DNA from: Dicyema japonicum
Taxonomy: Eukaryota > Animalia > Dicyemida
Reading direction: 5' to 3'
Length of the DNA: 64,000 nt
NCBI GenBank assembly: GCA_011109175.1
Contig: RDEW01000009.1
Coordinates: 516,875 to 580,874 of the forward strand
The notes under the pieces were generated by a model. It was not told where the DNA came from, did not search any database, and saw only the letters and a list, made by a program, of their open reading frames with translations. The position numbers and the translations under genes were made by a program. Numbering within the stretch: the first letter of the stretch is position 1; each line of letters begins with the position of its first letter. This document shows, piece after piece, positions 13,140-26,331 of this stretch.

Positions 13140-14640
13140 TAGCCAAAAGTAACAGTTTACAACTGCTGTCTGCTCTTATAATGAGAGCGCATTTCCTCTG
13201 ACGATTTGCAAGGAAATGAGCTCAATGAACCAGCTCTTTTCTTTCTGATAATTATTCTTCGCGATGAGCGAATCGATTCTGTTTAGCAGGACCTGCTTCC
13301 TATAATTCCCTACGTTTCCACTGCGACTGGTTCAAAAATGAACTGTACACCAAGACATGCGTATTTCTTTAACTTTAGGGTCTCGCTCATCTTCGAAGCA
13401 GATCCTGCGTTAGTTGCTTTCATAACATGGTTGGAGGGAGAGATGCTATCCATACAGGAGGCGTCCCATGCAAAGTATTTACCGCTTTCCCATGGGAATA
13501 GAGTTGTTCCGTCTGGTCTTTGGTTGCTGGGGTGATTCCGAGAAGCTCCATTGGACAGGAAATCCGACCGCCTCAAATCCTCGAATGATAACTCAGTTGA
13601 TTGCGGCGAGTCTTGAACTTCTTCCAGTACTCATCCGGCAGGAAAGAACGTGAAGACCTTTCGTGTCAACCATTCCTCCACATTTACATCGATGGATCGT
13701 CAAAACATCCATTCCGAGGCGGGCAGAAACCCCAATCCTCGTCGCGTCGTCATCCAATAGTTTCCCAAGTGAGGTTCATGGTAATTTTCTGAGCCAGGCT
13801 CCGCTCTGTTCGTCGATGCAATAGCCAGACGATGTTGATCAATTACAGGTTTCATCTCTTCTATGATCTTTGAGCATAAAAGCTTGTCCCATTTTTGTTG
13901 TTTATTAGCGTTCTTCGAGAATCCAACATCCAATCGCGTCCAGACTCCCCGAGCCATGCATGCCACTAGTTCAGCGTCCGATCCGTTAATGTAGCGTGGG
14001 ATCTGGTGTGAGACTACTGGAGGTAATTGGGAACTTGTGGTGTCGGAAGTCGAGTCCGTCATCTATGCACTTGCAACACTTGGGTTGGAACCGAACTCGT
14101 ATAAATGTGAAATTATAAACGTTGCTTGCGGAGAGGAAGATTTCTGCCGTGCAGTGGCTGCTATTTCTACTTATCTCCGCGATGTTTCAGTCACCCACTC
14201 GAAAACGTAATTTTTCTTGGCTCTCTTCTATACTGCAATAATTTGTCAACTCTGGAGGAAAAAAATACATCATTCTAACAATTCACATCAAATTTACAAA
14301 CCCTGGATTCTCACGTCTTGATTTTCCTTATGAATTAACACCTCACGACTCTTTTCTTCTACGGACAGCCCATGTTTAATAGCCATCGAGAAGATGAGGA
14401 CTGCCGTTGTAGAAACACTCAACGTTTCTTTTGATAAAACTGACTGGATCCAATGCAAACTACCATTTCGCAACGGAGGAATCGGAATACGCTCACCACA
14501 AGAACTCTCCCTCCTGGCTTTTCTATCTTCGACAAATGCTTCCAGTAGTCTCACACGCCAGATCCTACGCTACATTAACGCATCGGATGCTGAACCAGTG
14601 GTATGCATGGTTCGGGAGTCTGGACGCGATGGCATGCGAC
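13140..14640. mobile_element. CRE-like RLE non-LTR element with 5' inversion (3' part on -, upstream part on +)
   Basis: RPDGTTLFPWESGKYFAWD...FEPVAVET on -; LPFRNGGIGIR on +; overlapping inverted duplication. Confidence 0.8.
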
Positions 14641-14660
14641 ATTTATTAACCACAAGAATT

Positions 14661-16920
14661 TATTTATTAATCTAATAACCCCGAGAAGAGAACACCAAGA
14701 AAGAAGGAGTAAACCAACTAATTAAGTGATCCCGGTACGCCTCAACAGGATCGAGAGGTTTTTCCTGTGTTCCTCCAGAGTACCCACAGCTTTCCTGAAT
14801 AGACGACGATCATCTTTCATGTGTTAGAAGAAGTAGAAAGATTATTCAAGAAAATCGTGCAATTAACCCGAATGGAAGGAAACATTCTTCGTTTTTGAAG
14901 TCAATTGCAACGCAAATTGCCTGATAAATATACTCGGGGGTAGATTTGCTAGACGTGCCAGTTTAGGGAATTGATCTTGAATGAATTGGATATTGAAGCT
15001 CCATAGGCCCATGAGGTACAAGCATACTCTACCGTCGGTTTTAGGAGTTGATTGAACAAGACGACAGCGCATTCCCGTGACGGCCTGGACTTTAAGAGCG
15101 GTTTGATTATATTAGTTTCCTGAGACACTTTGTCATAACGTTCTTCACATGTTGAGAAAATGTCATCAAAGAGTCAAATGTCACTCCCAGGATAGTTGGA
15201 CGAATCGAATGGTAAGGAGTTTCCATAAATGTTCAAATCCAGTCTATGTTTTTCTTTTCTGTCCGTGGTGAAGATTGTATACGTTGATTTATCCCTGGAT
15301 ATGGAGAGACGATTCAATTTCAACCAGGCTCCCAGGTCGTCAATATGTGACTGAAGCTCTGATTTTGCTGTACCCACGTATTTGTTCCTGCTAGCGATGA
15401 TTAGATCGTCAGCATAAGTGAGAAGCATTGAATCTGGTCCTCCAGGGCAGGGTAAATCGTTGAGGAATAAGTTGAATAACGCCGGATAGAGGGGCGATCC
15501 TTGAGGGACGCTATTTGGTAGGAGACCGGACCTCGATCTTGCGTGGCCTATACAGACACTTCCTCTTCTTCCAGAGAAAAAATTGGCTATCCATCTTTTC
15601 AAATCCGCTGACTGGTGGTGTCAAAAACTTTTTCGTGAGTAATGTTCTCGGGACAGAATCGAACGCCTTCTGGATATCCAGGGAAACCACTATTGTCCGC
15701 AGATGGCGTTTCGGTACTTTGAACCCTTCTGATATAAATTGAGACAGTGAAGTCAAATGTGTCATAGTTGAACGCTCACATTTAAAACCATGTTGATAGT
15801 GGCAGTCGGGCAAATGGGGTTTAATTTTCCAGAGAACGAGTTTCTCCATTAGGCGCGATAATGCGCCGTTAATGAAATTGGACGGTAGGAAGAAGGTAAG
15901 GTTTTCGGTTTTCCTGGTTTAAGGATGGTATTATAAGTGAGTTCTTCCATTTGCATGGGATGACGTTCATGTTAGAAGACAAATTAAAAATTGACGTAAT
16001 CGAATTGATTTAGCAAAATTCCCGGAATACCTTCAGGACCACACGTATAAGATCTCTTCATCGATCTTATAGCCTGTGTGACCTCGGCATGCGTAAATAA
16101 TTGATCCATAAAGTTGGTTTAGGCATTAAATTCCGAAGTGACAAGAATGGGATTTCGAGAAGTCCTTGTGACTTATGGATGCGTAATATTTCATTAGGTT
16201 GTTAGCTTGCACAGTATTCGGAGCAGAAAAAGATTCTGATTCATCTGATAAGTTTATCATGATTCGACGAATTTTTCCATAAAAGACTCGTGGATTTCAT
16301 ATGTCCAATAGATAATAATAGGCGTTCACGTCCCATCTTTCTTTTTTTGATGAGTTTTGTAATTCTTTGATTTAAGCATTTTATATTTTTCAAATCAGAA
16401 AAGGTTTGCAGATTATTCATCTTGTGGGAGTTTCTTTGTTTGATAATGAGACGAGTCTCCGAGTCCAGAGTAGTCTTGTAGAGTTTGTAAACTGCACGTG
16501 GTACAAAAACTTTTCAGCTGAAGGATTACATGTTTTAGATGGCCACAACTTTGTCGATGGAGCAAAATGAGCTGGGATCAAAATGTATTAGGTTATGGTC
16601 AACGAAGAGCTTGAAATTCGACCAGTCAGCTTTCTTGTAGACCTTGAAGGTTGCTTTAATTCTACGTGAGTTATTGAATCGGCTCAGTTTTAATATAATC
16701 GGATTATGATCACTATGAAAATCGTAGGAGACGTTCCATGAAATCTTCGGGGCAATCCTAGAGGAAGCAATGGATATGTCGGGGGAGGTTGGGTTGTCAT
16801 TTCTTCGGACTGGTGTCTTTGTGAAGATGTTCGGGTGATTCAGAATACTGTTTTTCGAGAGAGTCGATAATTAGACTCCCCCTCTTGTCTGCCGACTGGG
16901 TACTAAGCCACTGCGGATGT
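14661..16920 (-). mobile_element. 5'-truncated APE-RT LINE (Jockey/I-like), degraded, with target-site duplication
   Basis: APE C-terminus (TSPDISIAS...SDHNPII), YQHGFK, LDIQKAFDSV, VPQGSPL, YADD; ends GIT*. TTAACCACAA(A)GAAT at 14646 and 16921. Confidence 0.9.
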
Positions 16921-16949
16921 TTAACCACAAAGAATAATTAATTTAAGTA

Positions 16950-17740
16950 ACTCTTTTTTAGTCTAACCATCTCTACAGTCGATATTTATCATTTCGAATT
17001 TTTTATATATTAAATTGAAATATTTAAAACTTCCTCAACGCGATTATTCGACAAAATATTAATTATTTCTGCAGGGGATTATATTGAGACTCAAACTTAT
17101 CCAGTCGCAACGATAGATTTGTTCCAAACTAATTACTAACTCTAACCTATTCATTAATGTTTTCATGCTTCGTCTCCCACACTAAAATTATATTACTATT
17201 ATGAACATTCATTTTTCTGTATATATTTTGTAATAACTCGAATCTTCTTTAATCGGGTTATTTGAATGTCGCATTCGGTAACAAATTGTCTGACTGGGAA
17301 TTATCTACATATAGATTTTAAATCAAATCACGTGAATTTTCAGTAGATTCTGGAGTCGAACAATTAACTGAATACTCTATTTGCTTGGAATCACACACTC
17401 ATCACTTAAATTATCTAAGACATAATTTGATGTATAATCATGATTTATTGAATTTATTCCTCAGTATCTTTCGTAAGAAATGAATGGATATTTGTGTTAT
17501 ACACAGCATTTTCTAATTTATCAAGCCACTTTTTTCTCTGTTATCCAGCATTTTGGACAACTTTTTCGCTATAGGTTGATTGAATCTTTCGACATTCCAT
17601 TGTGCCCGATTATTGTTAGGCTTTCCGTGAATTTTCTTGATGTTGAAATCACCGCAAAGTTTTGTTCTTGATTTCTGAATTCAAACCCATTGTATGACTC
17701 AAAAAATTTGCATGGCCCATTCAGATAAAAATGTCATTAT
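16950..17740 (-). mobile_element. Second Ginger-like integrase remnant, homologous to 100-1300
   Basis: NGFEF, VERFNQ, KWLDKL, LRLDKFESQY; intron-like segment 17147-17168 at the same position as 1072-1096. Confidence 0.7.
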
Positions 17741-17809
17741 TTATTATTACACTTTCACGAGAGCCACAATTTTTATAGCCCCGCATGTGCAGCAAAAAAA
17801 TAAGAGAAT

Positions 17810-17940
17810 TAGTTAGGTTGCTCCAAGCTCTTCTGTTCTTTGCTAGGTCCCTCAGTGATTCCCGATCGTCACCAGATGCCAATATTTTCTTCGCGGCTTT
17901 CAGATCGTTTTGTAGAACGACGGGAGGGTAGTTCTCGGTC
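17810..17940 (-). mobile_element. RTE-clade LINE 3' fragment
   Basis: RPRTTLP..LQNDLK..LRDLAKNRRAW, homologous to ORF 53576-53995. Confidence 0.65.
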
Positions 17941-18439
17941 CATTACAACAAGATAATCTCCCTTGTCGGTCTGGGATCACTCAGTTAGTTGATAACTTTT
18001 ATTTCTTTCTTTTTGACAAAGTGATCCTGGGGTAATAATAATCTTCCACCCTAAATATGACGATATAAATTTAGGTTTGCCGCTATAAAATGTAAAATCT
18101 TTATAATCATAACGTTTACGAATAAAAAATAATCTAACATGATAGAAATCACGATGTAAATCGGATAGAAAAAAATTAAATATCGGTTAATCAAAGGACC
18201 TTTTTAAGGTAAAAAATGTAACAGGATGCCCATGCGTAACGCGCCGCCCATGTCACAATAACCTTAAGGTTTTATCCAGCTCCCCTGTAGGAGTCGAAAG
18301 TATCCTTTCCAAGGAGCAGGGAAAAGACGTATCGTTTTTAGATGATGGCCAGGCACTTGGTATCTATTGAGTTAGGTGGATTACTCGAAACTGAAGAACG
18401 CAAATTGCAGAAAGGAATATTTCTACCAAGTAGACAGCA

Positions 18440-18497
18440 GTGTGTGAATCGAACCCACACCTAAATGCGAAACGAGCGACAGCCTAACCACTACTAA
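18440..18497 (-). other. Degenerate tRNA-derived SINE head (Pol III A/B boxes)
   Basis: Minus strand TAGTGGTTAGG ... GGGTTCGATTC; no complete cloverleaf. Confidence 0.4.
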
Positions 18498-18609
18498 TAT
18501 AATTTTTGACATTAAGATCCATGGGGTATCTACTATGCGTAATCTTTTATTCTACAGTATAGAAATTAATACCATAATAATCTACTCGTGCAAAATAATA
18601 ATAAATGTG

Positions 18610-19522
18610 AAGTAAATGTGAAGGCGTTGATAGAATTACAATATAATAATTTGATGGAAAAGATCAACTTAAAAAGCCTTCATAAGGTCCTTTTCAGAAC
18701 ATTGGACAACCCACATGTCGACCTTAAGTCGTCGACAATATGCGTAAAATACGGTGACAACCTCGATCGGAGGCGCTGTACACGTATATGCAAGACCGCA
18801 ATATTTTTTGGGATCGATCAACAAATACATGTCCCCACTGTAAGTCAAGGAGCATGTCGGTTAATCATTCAGCGTCTCGATGTGGATCCATGCTCTGCCA
18901 CGACTATGTGTGGAGGCACAACGAGGTAGTAAGGAGTCTTCATCTTCTATTATGCAATAAGTATGGTATTTGCCACACCAGAAAGTTGCGGACTCATAAG
19001 GTGCAATCTGTAGTAGAGAACACCAGGGTCCAAATTAAGGTAGGCAGTGTTATCCGTACCTCGGTGCTAGTCAAGCACAATAAACCGGACATTGTGGTAC
19101 ACGATAAGGAGTCTGGCCAAGTCGTTATCATAGAGGTTGGCATCACGTCTCAAGACCGTTTGCAGACTGTGGAGGTGAAGAAAAAAAGGAAGTATGACTT
19201 TTTTGCAAACGAGATGAGGCAGATGCTTGGTTGCAATGTCCTCGTTATTCCTATAGTAATGACGTGGGAAGAAATTGCAACAAAGTACCACAATGGTTAT
19301 CTGAAGCAGTTGGGGGTAGATAGGAAGCTCCAGGCCTATCTACAATCCACTGTGTTAAAGCGGACCCTAGAGAGCCTGACACTGGAGTATAGGAGGCAGA
19401 GCCCTGAGATGCCACATGGGCAGAGGGTTCAATTGGACAAGGCGCTCTCGGAGTTGTTTCAGCAACCAGAATCGAACCTGCCTGAAGAGGCTGGCGAACA
19501 GGCAGGCGAAGAAAGTTGTTAA
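18610..19522 (+). mobile_element. 3' part of an R4/Dong-like RLE retrotransposon (CCHC + PD-(D/E)xK endonuclease)
   Basis: CPHC..H...C, RHNEVV, NKPDIV, IIEVGIT, KxxKY. Confidence 0.88.
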
Positions 19523-19535
19523 TTATAAATATATA

Positions 19536-19775
19536 AACTTTTTTATTGTTGGTTAAATAAAGTGTAATTAAAATTAAGTAAAAATGAAAATTAAAAAAAG
19601 CAACAATTTTTAATGCGGTAAACACTTATGAATACGTTGTCTATAAAAGTTTCGTGTACGTAATTAGCCAGACAACCTATGTTCCCTTCTGAATGTAGCA
19701 TATTAACTTTTTTATTGTTGGTTAAATAAAGTGTAATTAAAATTAAGTAAAAATGAAAATTAAAAAAAGCAACAA
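19536..19775. repeat. ~70-nt direct repeat, two copies
   Basis: AACTTTTTTATTGTTGGTTAAATAAAG...AAAGCAACAA at ~19536-19606 and ~19704-19775. Confidence 0.9.
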
Positions 19776-19806
19776 AGTAGTTTTATACTAAAAATGTTAA
19801 TTACCA

Positions 19807-22232
19807 TCAAAAAGCTTTCATTTGAACACTTGGAGGATAATTTGGATTGTTAACAACAGAAATATCCATAACAGAATTTATATTCTTAAAATATTCACTT
19901 TCCTTAAAATAAGCTTTAAACATACAAATTTTCTAACGAGTAATGCACCAGGGATCCACAAGAGAATAGAGAGAATCACCACCGTAAAGACTACATTTCT
20001 CCGCATAAACTCAACTAAAATCTCAGAGAATAAACAAAACTAAATCCACTGCGATTCAGTCTTTCAATAAAAAACCAAAATTTAGAGACTGAGTCTCTTG
20101 AGGACTGAACACAAACATTCTTAAATATATTTACCACTTCAAACATTTCGGCATACTCCTTTATAACACGTGTGATCACTTCGAAAGTATGTTATGTTGG
20201 AAGACCCAGAATAGTGATTTGAAGGGATGCATCTTCCGTTGAGAAGAGGACGACAGCATATTTTGCAAGCATCAGCGTCTAAAGTCGGTAAAATCGGTTA
20301 TCCACCATTTTCGCAAAGGCAGTCCTCCAAATTCGAATCAATAACCGAACAAAATGAGTAGCACACCCCAGAAATACAACTTCCTTCATCACCACAGGTA
20401 GTATAATCAGCAACAAATGAGCTGTGTGGACAACTCGCTGAAACTCCGCTAAAAGTTAAAACGGGGGTCAACTCGCAATAAGAGTCAGTTTGGCAATTTA
20501 TGTTGGAAACCTCACTAGGGACAGCACGGCATATATTCCCACTTGACAAGCCGCAGTTATTACAGCAAGGACTGTTGTGATCACTGAAGGTAAGGAATGA
20601 CTCATTAACCTGCAGACAGCTCTAGGTTTAAAGCTACAGTTCGACGTGCAACAGTTATCTCCCAGTCCACCACTATCACAATCTTCTCCCTGTTCTACAA
20701 TTCCGTTTCCACAATATGCCACGTGAGGTTCTACTAGTGAACAAATAATCACACCGGTGAAACAGATGGGACTGCGGAGACTAAGGGTCTTGTCCATTTG
20801 CCTTATAGAGCATGACGAAAATAACTTAATAACAAAATGAAGATACCCAGTTGTTTTTATCAAATCCAAGGTGGGAGATTGCATTCATTATGTAAACTCC
20901 ACCAAATTCAGAGCGTGGGGAACACTCGTCGCTTGGGTCAGGGTCGTGGTTACACCCAAAACTATGTCCCAACTCTAAAGTAGACAGATAGATCCTCACC
21001 ATGGGCGATTATCAGTGTTAGGTGGTTGGGGGATATCAGCATGTTGTATTGGTCCACCCCAGTCACCAATGCAGTGTTATAATAGACCGATGAAGGAGAG
21101 GATAAATTAAAAATCAGGAAATACCAAACGAGCATGCTCCACCATAATAAGACGTTGAGGTTGCCCTGAAGGCTATTCCAAGGACAGAATCCTGGAGAAA
21201 AGTAGCCGTGAACAACTGATTGATGCAATAGTTGGAAGAGCCCATATAATCAGAAAACAGCTTCAATTACACAAAAATTAAACATAAAGCAAATCCCCCG
21301 CCACGGCCATTGAGTTGGCGTTGTTGTAGTGGTTTTGGTCTCGGTCATACATGCTGTGTATGTGAATCTATAATGACTTAGTCTTATTACAGCAGAGATT
21401 TCAAATCCATATTTTTTGGAATCGAGCCATTTCGTAGAGAAATATATCTGATTGACACGTGCAATCAGACCAATCTAGGTAACCCACAAGAAACCATAAA
21501 ATTGCTGGTCACGTGAAGGTCGCTTCTCCCAATTCTTTCGTAGAATTTATAATCCGCCACCAAACGGAGAGAGCAACGAGTTCTCTGGACCGAGGATCTC
21601 TTACTCTTTCCATATAAAGGGGGATGTCAGAGACGTCCTGAACTGAAAGACCAATGGTTGACGTATCATTGAAAATTCTTGTCCTGTAATCCACCTGAAG
21701 CTGACACAAGAACGAATCTGACTCATTTATAGGCTAAAATATGACGTATTAAAACTTCTATGGTGATAAAACTGTCGTCTGCCAAAACCAAGGACAACGA
21801 TATTAAATGTCCCCCATTTAGAAGCAGCAGTATCTGCGTCCCTTTGCCCCCTATACAAAGCATTTTTGTTTAAAATGATAAGTCAAGGTAAATTCAAATA
21901 TCAAGAGTACCCTGATCATGGCCATTGTACATCCTCAGTGTGTTTTCTCTCCGAAACTCAGTTTTGGTTGAGTTCCCTTGTGTGAAGTATTTCACGTTTT
22001 TGGACAAAATATTGTCCAGTTTTGTTGACGTCAGGATACTCTCAAAGTTACTAAAAATAGTTTTAAGGAAAAACCGCCCAAACACAGTTAAAAGAATATG
22101 TGCTGAAATGCATTTCTCATTGGAACAGTTTTGGTTTATTTCCAAGTCATTTTTGTCGATAATTACTTCCTTGATTTTGGTTTGGTTCGAATAAAATGTC
22201 AGCAAAATAATGACAAGGACCGGCAAGATCAT
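19807..22232 (-). CDS. ADAM17: ADAM17/TACE-like disintegrin metalloprotease, micro-intron rich
   Basis: Signal peptide; H/ELGHSFGCNHDPD..EC.P...GGVYIM zinc motif split by an intron; CGNGIVEQGEDCD disintegrin; TM segment NVVFTVVILSILLWIPG resembles ADAM17 rather than ADAM10. Confidence 0.85.
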
Positions 22233-22854
22233 TGATTTGTTAAATGTATTATTTTTAATTTAAAATTTTATTGATTTTCAATTCAATAAAGTATTAAATT
22301 TAATATTAATTTGATTAATTTCATAGCGGAATTTCGGACTGTTCTCCCCCAGTACGTGCTTGTGTGAGGTCGAGAGGATCATCATACTAAGCTGATGGCA
22401 ATGTTGGAACGTGTTGAGATCACTTAGTTAGTGATCTATAAGAAATCAGCAGAGGAACATCATAGTCATCTACTACCCAAAGAATATAGGAAACGAGATG
22501 CTTAAGAGAGTGATAAAATATCGATAATGACTTTTTTTGCATATTCTACGTATGAATGGGGTGACACTGTGCTGACTTATTATGGAGGACTGTTTCAACC
22601 TTAATGGAACACAGAAAACTACACTTCCTCTCTGTCTGGATCAGGATTATCCTGATTTGGGGGATGAAATAACGGCTAGCCTTGGTGAATTAAGAATGCC
22701 CAAAAGGTAGCCAGCAAATTTTATCATCTCCTGCTTATCGGGCAACACTTAAATCACTCGTATTGGGGTTAAGTTATATTTAAAAATTAAATAATTTATA
22801 ATAATTTAAAAATTAGAATAATTATTTTGAAAATTGTACGTGTGCTTTTTGTCA

Positions 22855-23183
22855 ATGTCGTTTTCTCTCCCACTAACTAAAATCAAAACAATAATGAAGA
22901 GTTGCCCGGACGGTTGCAACATTTCTTCCGATTCCCAACTAATGATAGCCAAGGCTGCTGTATTATTATCGACCATTACATTAGGAACTATTCATCAATC
23001 AATTAGCTGAAGGGGCTCATCAAATATCATCAGGAAGTGAGGTCACCTACAATGAACTGGCAGAATTTGTTCAGTCAGTCCCCAAATATGACTTCATTTA
23101 TGGTCTCTTGGTTTCTTGTATTCATAGAGATTATTCCCAAGAAAGTCACTTTCAGGGAGGCCAAGGAGTTAATCAGGAATTGA
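22855..23183 (+). CDS. CHRAC1: Histone-fold protein, chromatin accessibility complex subunit 1-like (absent from the ORF track)
   Basis: MSFSLPLTKIKTIMKSCPD...IAKAA/ELFINQLA...VTYNELAEFV..YDFIY/EIIPKKVT; introns 22960-22984 and 23103-23127 (25 nt each). Confidence 0.82.
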
Positions 23184-23994
23184 GTAATTTTTATTATACT
23201 TTTTGATATGTTCTTTTTATGGTCACACGTGTTGGTAGGGACTGATAATCCCCTGTGTCTTTTGTCCTCTTTTTAGTAACAGATTTGTGAATCATTCTGT
23301 TTCAGGAGACGCCCAGCAAAGACGTCTTTGAAAAAGATTATTTGGCATTCTCTACTTAAATGGATGAACTATGAAGAGGCGTTTACAACTGTGGTTCTGG
23401 ACTTGTCTCAATGTGACTACAATTTCATGAACTAAAGCTAACATAGGAAGCTCATCAGCTTGGCTGAGTTTTCCGTTTTGTGATGATTGACGCACAACCT
23501 GGAGACCTTTGGACACGACAATAGTTTTGTAAATGCTTGGTATGTCCATCGTCTGAATGAGATATCTACACATGTGATGTGACTAGGGGATTCATGTCAA
23601 TAAAGTCAAAAATTTTAATAAGCACTGTCATGTGATGAGTAGTATTTGTAATCCCACATGTGCAGCCGAAGGCACAATATTAAATGTCAGTCTCTCCCGC
23701 TTTCCTCGATTGTTACCCAGTGATCTCTCAGGTCGTTCACGACTTTCTACTCTTTAGTGTTTTTTTATTGATGCAGGCCGAGCATTGGTGTCTCTTGTGA
23801 TAGGTGGATCATATGGCGCCTCGTAGGATTTGAAGAAGCTACAGACTAGAAAATAAGTCGACTGGTAGGCAAAGGTGCGGGAATAGAACCCAAAGCTGAT
23901 CCCAACACGAGGGATAACAGTAACTACTATGTTACTTCTGTTTGACAGTAAATAAATCCACGATGACACTGCAAGTGCCTATTAGAAATTTATA

Positions 23995-25665
23995 TAAAAC
24001 CAATAATCATTGACAAGATAAAAAGGAATGGGGGCCGTCAGGTGATTCCGGTCTCCTTAAGCAGCCATCTCATCTTTTTCGGTGTTCCTCCCGAGAGGCA
24101 CACACTTTCTGTTCCACTTTTCGGAAACTTGGAAATTTAGCGGGCTTCCGTTCTCCTCACAAATTTATCGAACGGAGTTGGAATTAGTTGCGAAGAGAAC
24201 TTTTGTAGGGCACTCGTGACTGTTTCTTGGAGGAATTAATTTTCTTTAGGTTCGCATACGATAGGGTTTTGCCCCATGCCTCACAGCAGTAGCTGATTAT
24301 CGGTTGTATGCATTGCGAATAAAAGTGATTTAATGTTGAGTGGAAACAGCTTTTTTAATATCCAAGTAGTGTCTTTACAAAATTTAGTTTTCGTTGGGAG
24401 GAAATGACTTGCTGAAGTGTTTGCTGAAAGTCATATGTGGTCCCCAATATTTTGAAGAGTTAGTGGAGGGGATTGACATTCTATTATGGGTAAAGAAAGG
24501 TTCGAGTTGGCCGAAGTTTGAATTATAAGCCCTCCTTGATGTATTTCGTTAAGCATGTAAGGTGAGTAGTTATAAAGTGACCCTTCTTAAAACCATGTTG
24601 AAAGATACGTCCGGGAGGTAAGGTTTAATCTGATCGAGAATGAGTTTTTCCAGGATTTTTGAAGAGGCACACAGAAGAGATATAGATCTGTAAGAGGTCG
24701 GTGAGCCCTTCGGCCGTCCTGGTTTTAAGATTGGTCGTATATCGGATAATTTCCATAGTGTAGAGATTGAGTTCCTGCTGTTGAAGAGTTTGAAAATTCA
24801 GATGAGGGCCATGATAGGGCCTATCTTCAATACTATTGTAGGGATACCATCTGAACCGCTTGAATAGGACGATTTTTGGTGCTGAATCGCCTTCCGCACG
24901 ACATCCATAAAAAGATTATTCCTGGTTGCGTCTCGTTAAGATTTAATGAAAGAAATGGAAGGAACTCAATCTTCTGGTGAGGGAAAAAACTCACGGAAAA
25001 CTAAACCTTCATAATCCTGTTTAAAAAGTTTTTGTTCTCTAAGTCTTCGCAAGGAGATGTCCTCAAAGAGTTGGTGAAGCCTCGGAGAGTATTCCATATC
25101 CTCGTGAAAAATGACTGTTTACTTAGGGTGGACATGAAGTTATTCCAGACCCTCTCCTGTTTCATCTTGGCCTTGTTACTGATCTCTCTCCAAAGCTCGA
25201 ATCCTCACCCTGGTTTCCTTCGATTGAATCTGTTGGCTTTTCTTTCCTTCGTAAGTGAATTGAATGCGCGGGAAGACTTCTTCGTGAAATGGATTGGCTT
25301 TCTTTTGATAAAAGTCTTCATACTGCCACACACTACGCCAATGAAGTAGTGTAATACTTTATCGAGGGAGCTGAAGTTGTTAGGGTCAAAACCATACAAC
25401 TTTTAGTCGACGAAGTATGAAAACAATCCCCAGTCGACGTTTTTGTAGTCTGACAGTAACATAGACTTTCCTTCGATAGACACTCTTACTTTTGGGGGAA
25501 ACATGCGTCTTCCCCGCGTCAGGGTGGGAGGGAGAAAGTGGGTGTGTAATTTTTCTGTGATTTCCTTCTCGATAAGTGTAATGACTCCACCACCGCGGCC
25601 AGAAAAGCGGTCACGTCGAAATAAGTAAAAATTTAGAATTTTCAAAGTCAATATCACATTCATCC
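23995..25665 (-). mobile_element. Degraded APE-RT LINE ending ETGIT*
   Basis: FRRDR..GRGGGV (APE), KPGRPKGSPTSYRSISLLC, FQHGFK; family 3' end at ~24040. Confidence 0.8.
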
Positions 25666-25743
25666 AGGATCAATAACATAGTTTGAAAAAAATTTATTTA
25701 AAGATTATTTTTTATATAATAAAATTATAAACTATCATTTCAA

Positions 25744-26331
25744 ATGTCAATTCCAAACTACTCGATGTGTGTCGAATCAATTATCAAATCTCTCTACGAT
25801 AATTCAGACAAAAATGAAAAAATAAGCAAGGTAAGACTTAAAAATAGTCATAGGTCTTTCAATTTTCAGCGGACATAATCTATGATCTCAACTTAATTGT
25901 ACCTTTACATCTTACGCATACAGGATTCACTGCCGATGACCCCGGAAACGCTCTATTGCAGATTTTTACATACAGAGTATTAAGAATTTTAATCCAAGTT
26001 CCTGCAATGTCGACGACCTGGTGACCCTTGGTAAAAATCAATTTGGGATTGACCTCGTAGCAGACAAAGAGTCAGATTTGTCTGAGAAATTGTATTTTTA
26101 AGATTTTTATATTTTAGGGAGACAAGTTTAAATAATTCACCAAGAGGTCTTTGGAGTCTTCAAGAGGAAGTCGACTTGTATAACGGCTTTTATCAAACTG
26201 GGGGAGACTTTGATGAAATTGCGGATATCATTAAGAGTCGGAGTATCACCAATTTGAAACGAAAATGGAAAGGTATGCAGAAAAATAAAAATAAAATGAA
26301 GTTATTGAACGATATGTTTGAATCAAAATAA
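25744..26331 (+). CDS. Small (~153 aa) protein with one C-terminal Myb/SANT domain (absent from the ORF track)
   Basis: Five GT-AG introns (23, 25, 22, 30, 26 nt) give an uninterrupted ORF ending WSLQEEVDLYNGFYQTGGDFDEIADIIKSRSITNLKRKWKGM... Confidence 0.75.

Noticed and set aside
17752-17800. Weak ~45-nt similarity with 27850-27898 and 60896-60945
   Set aside because: Too degenerate to assign; probably a decayed small repeat.
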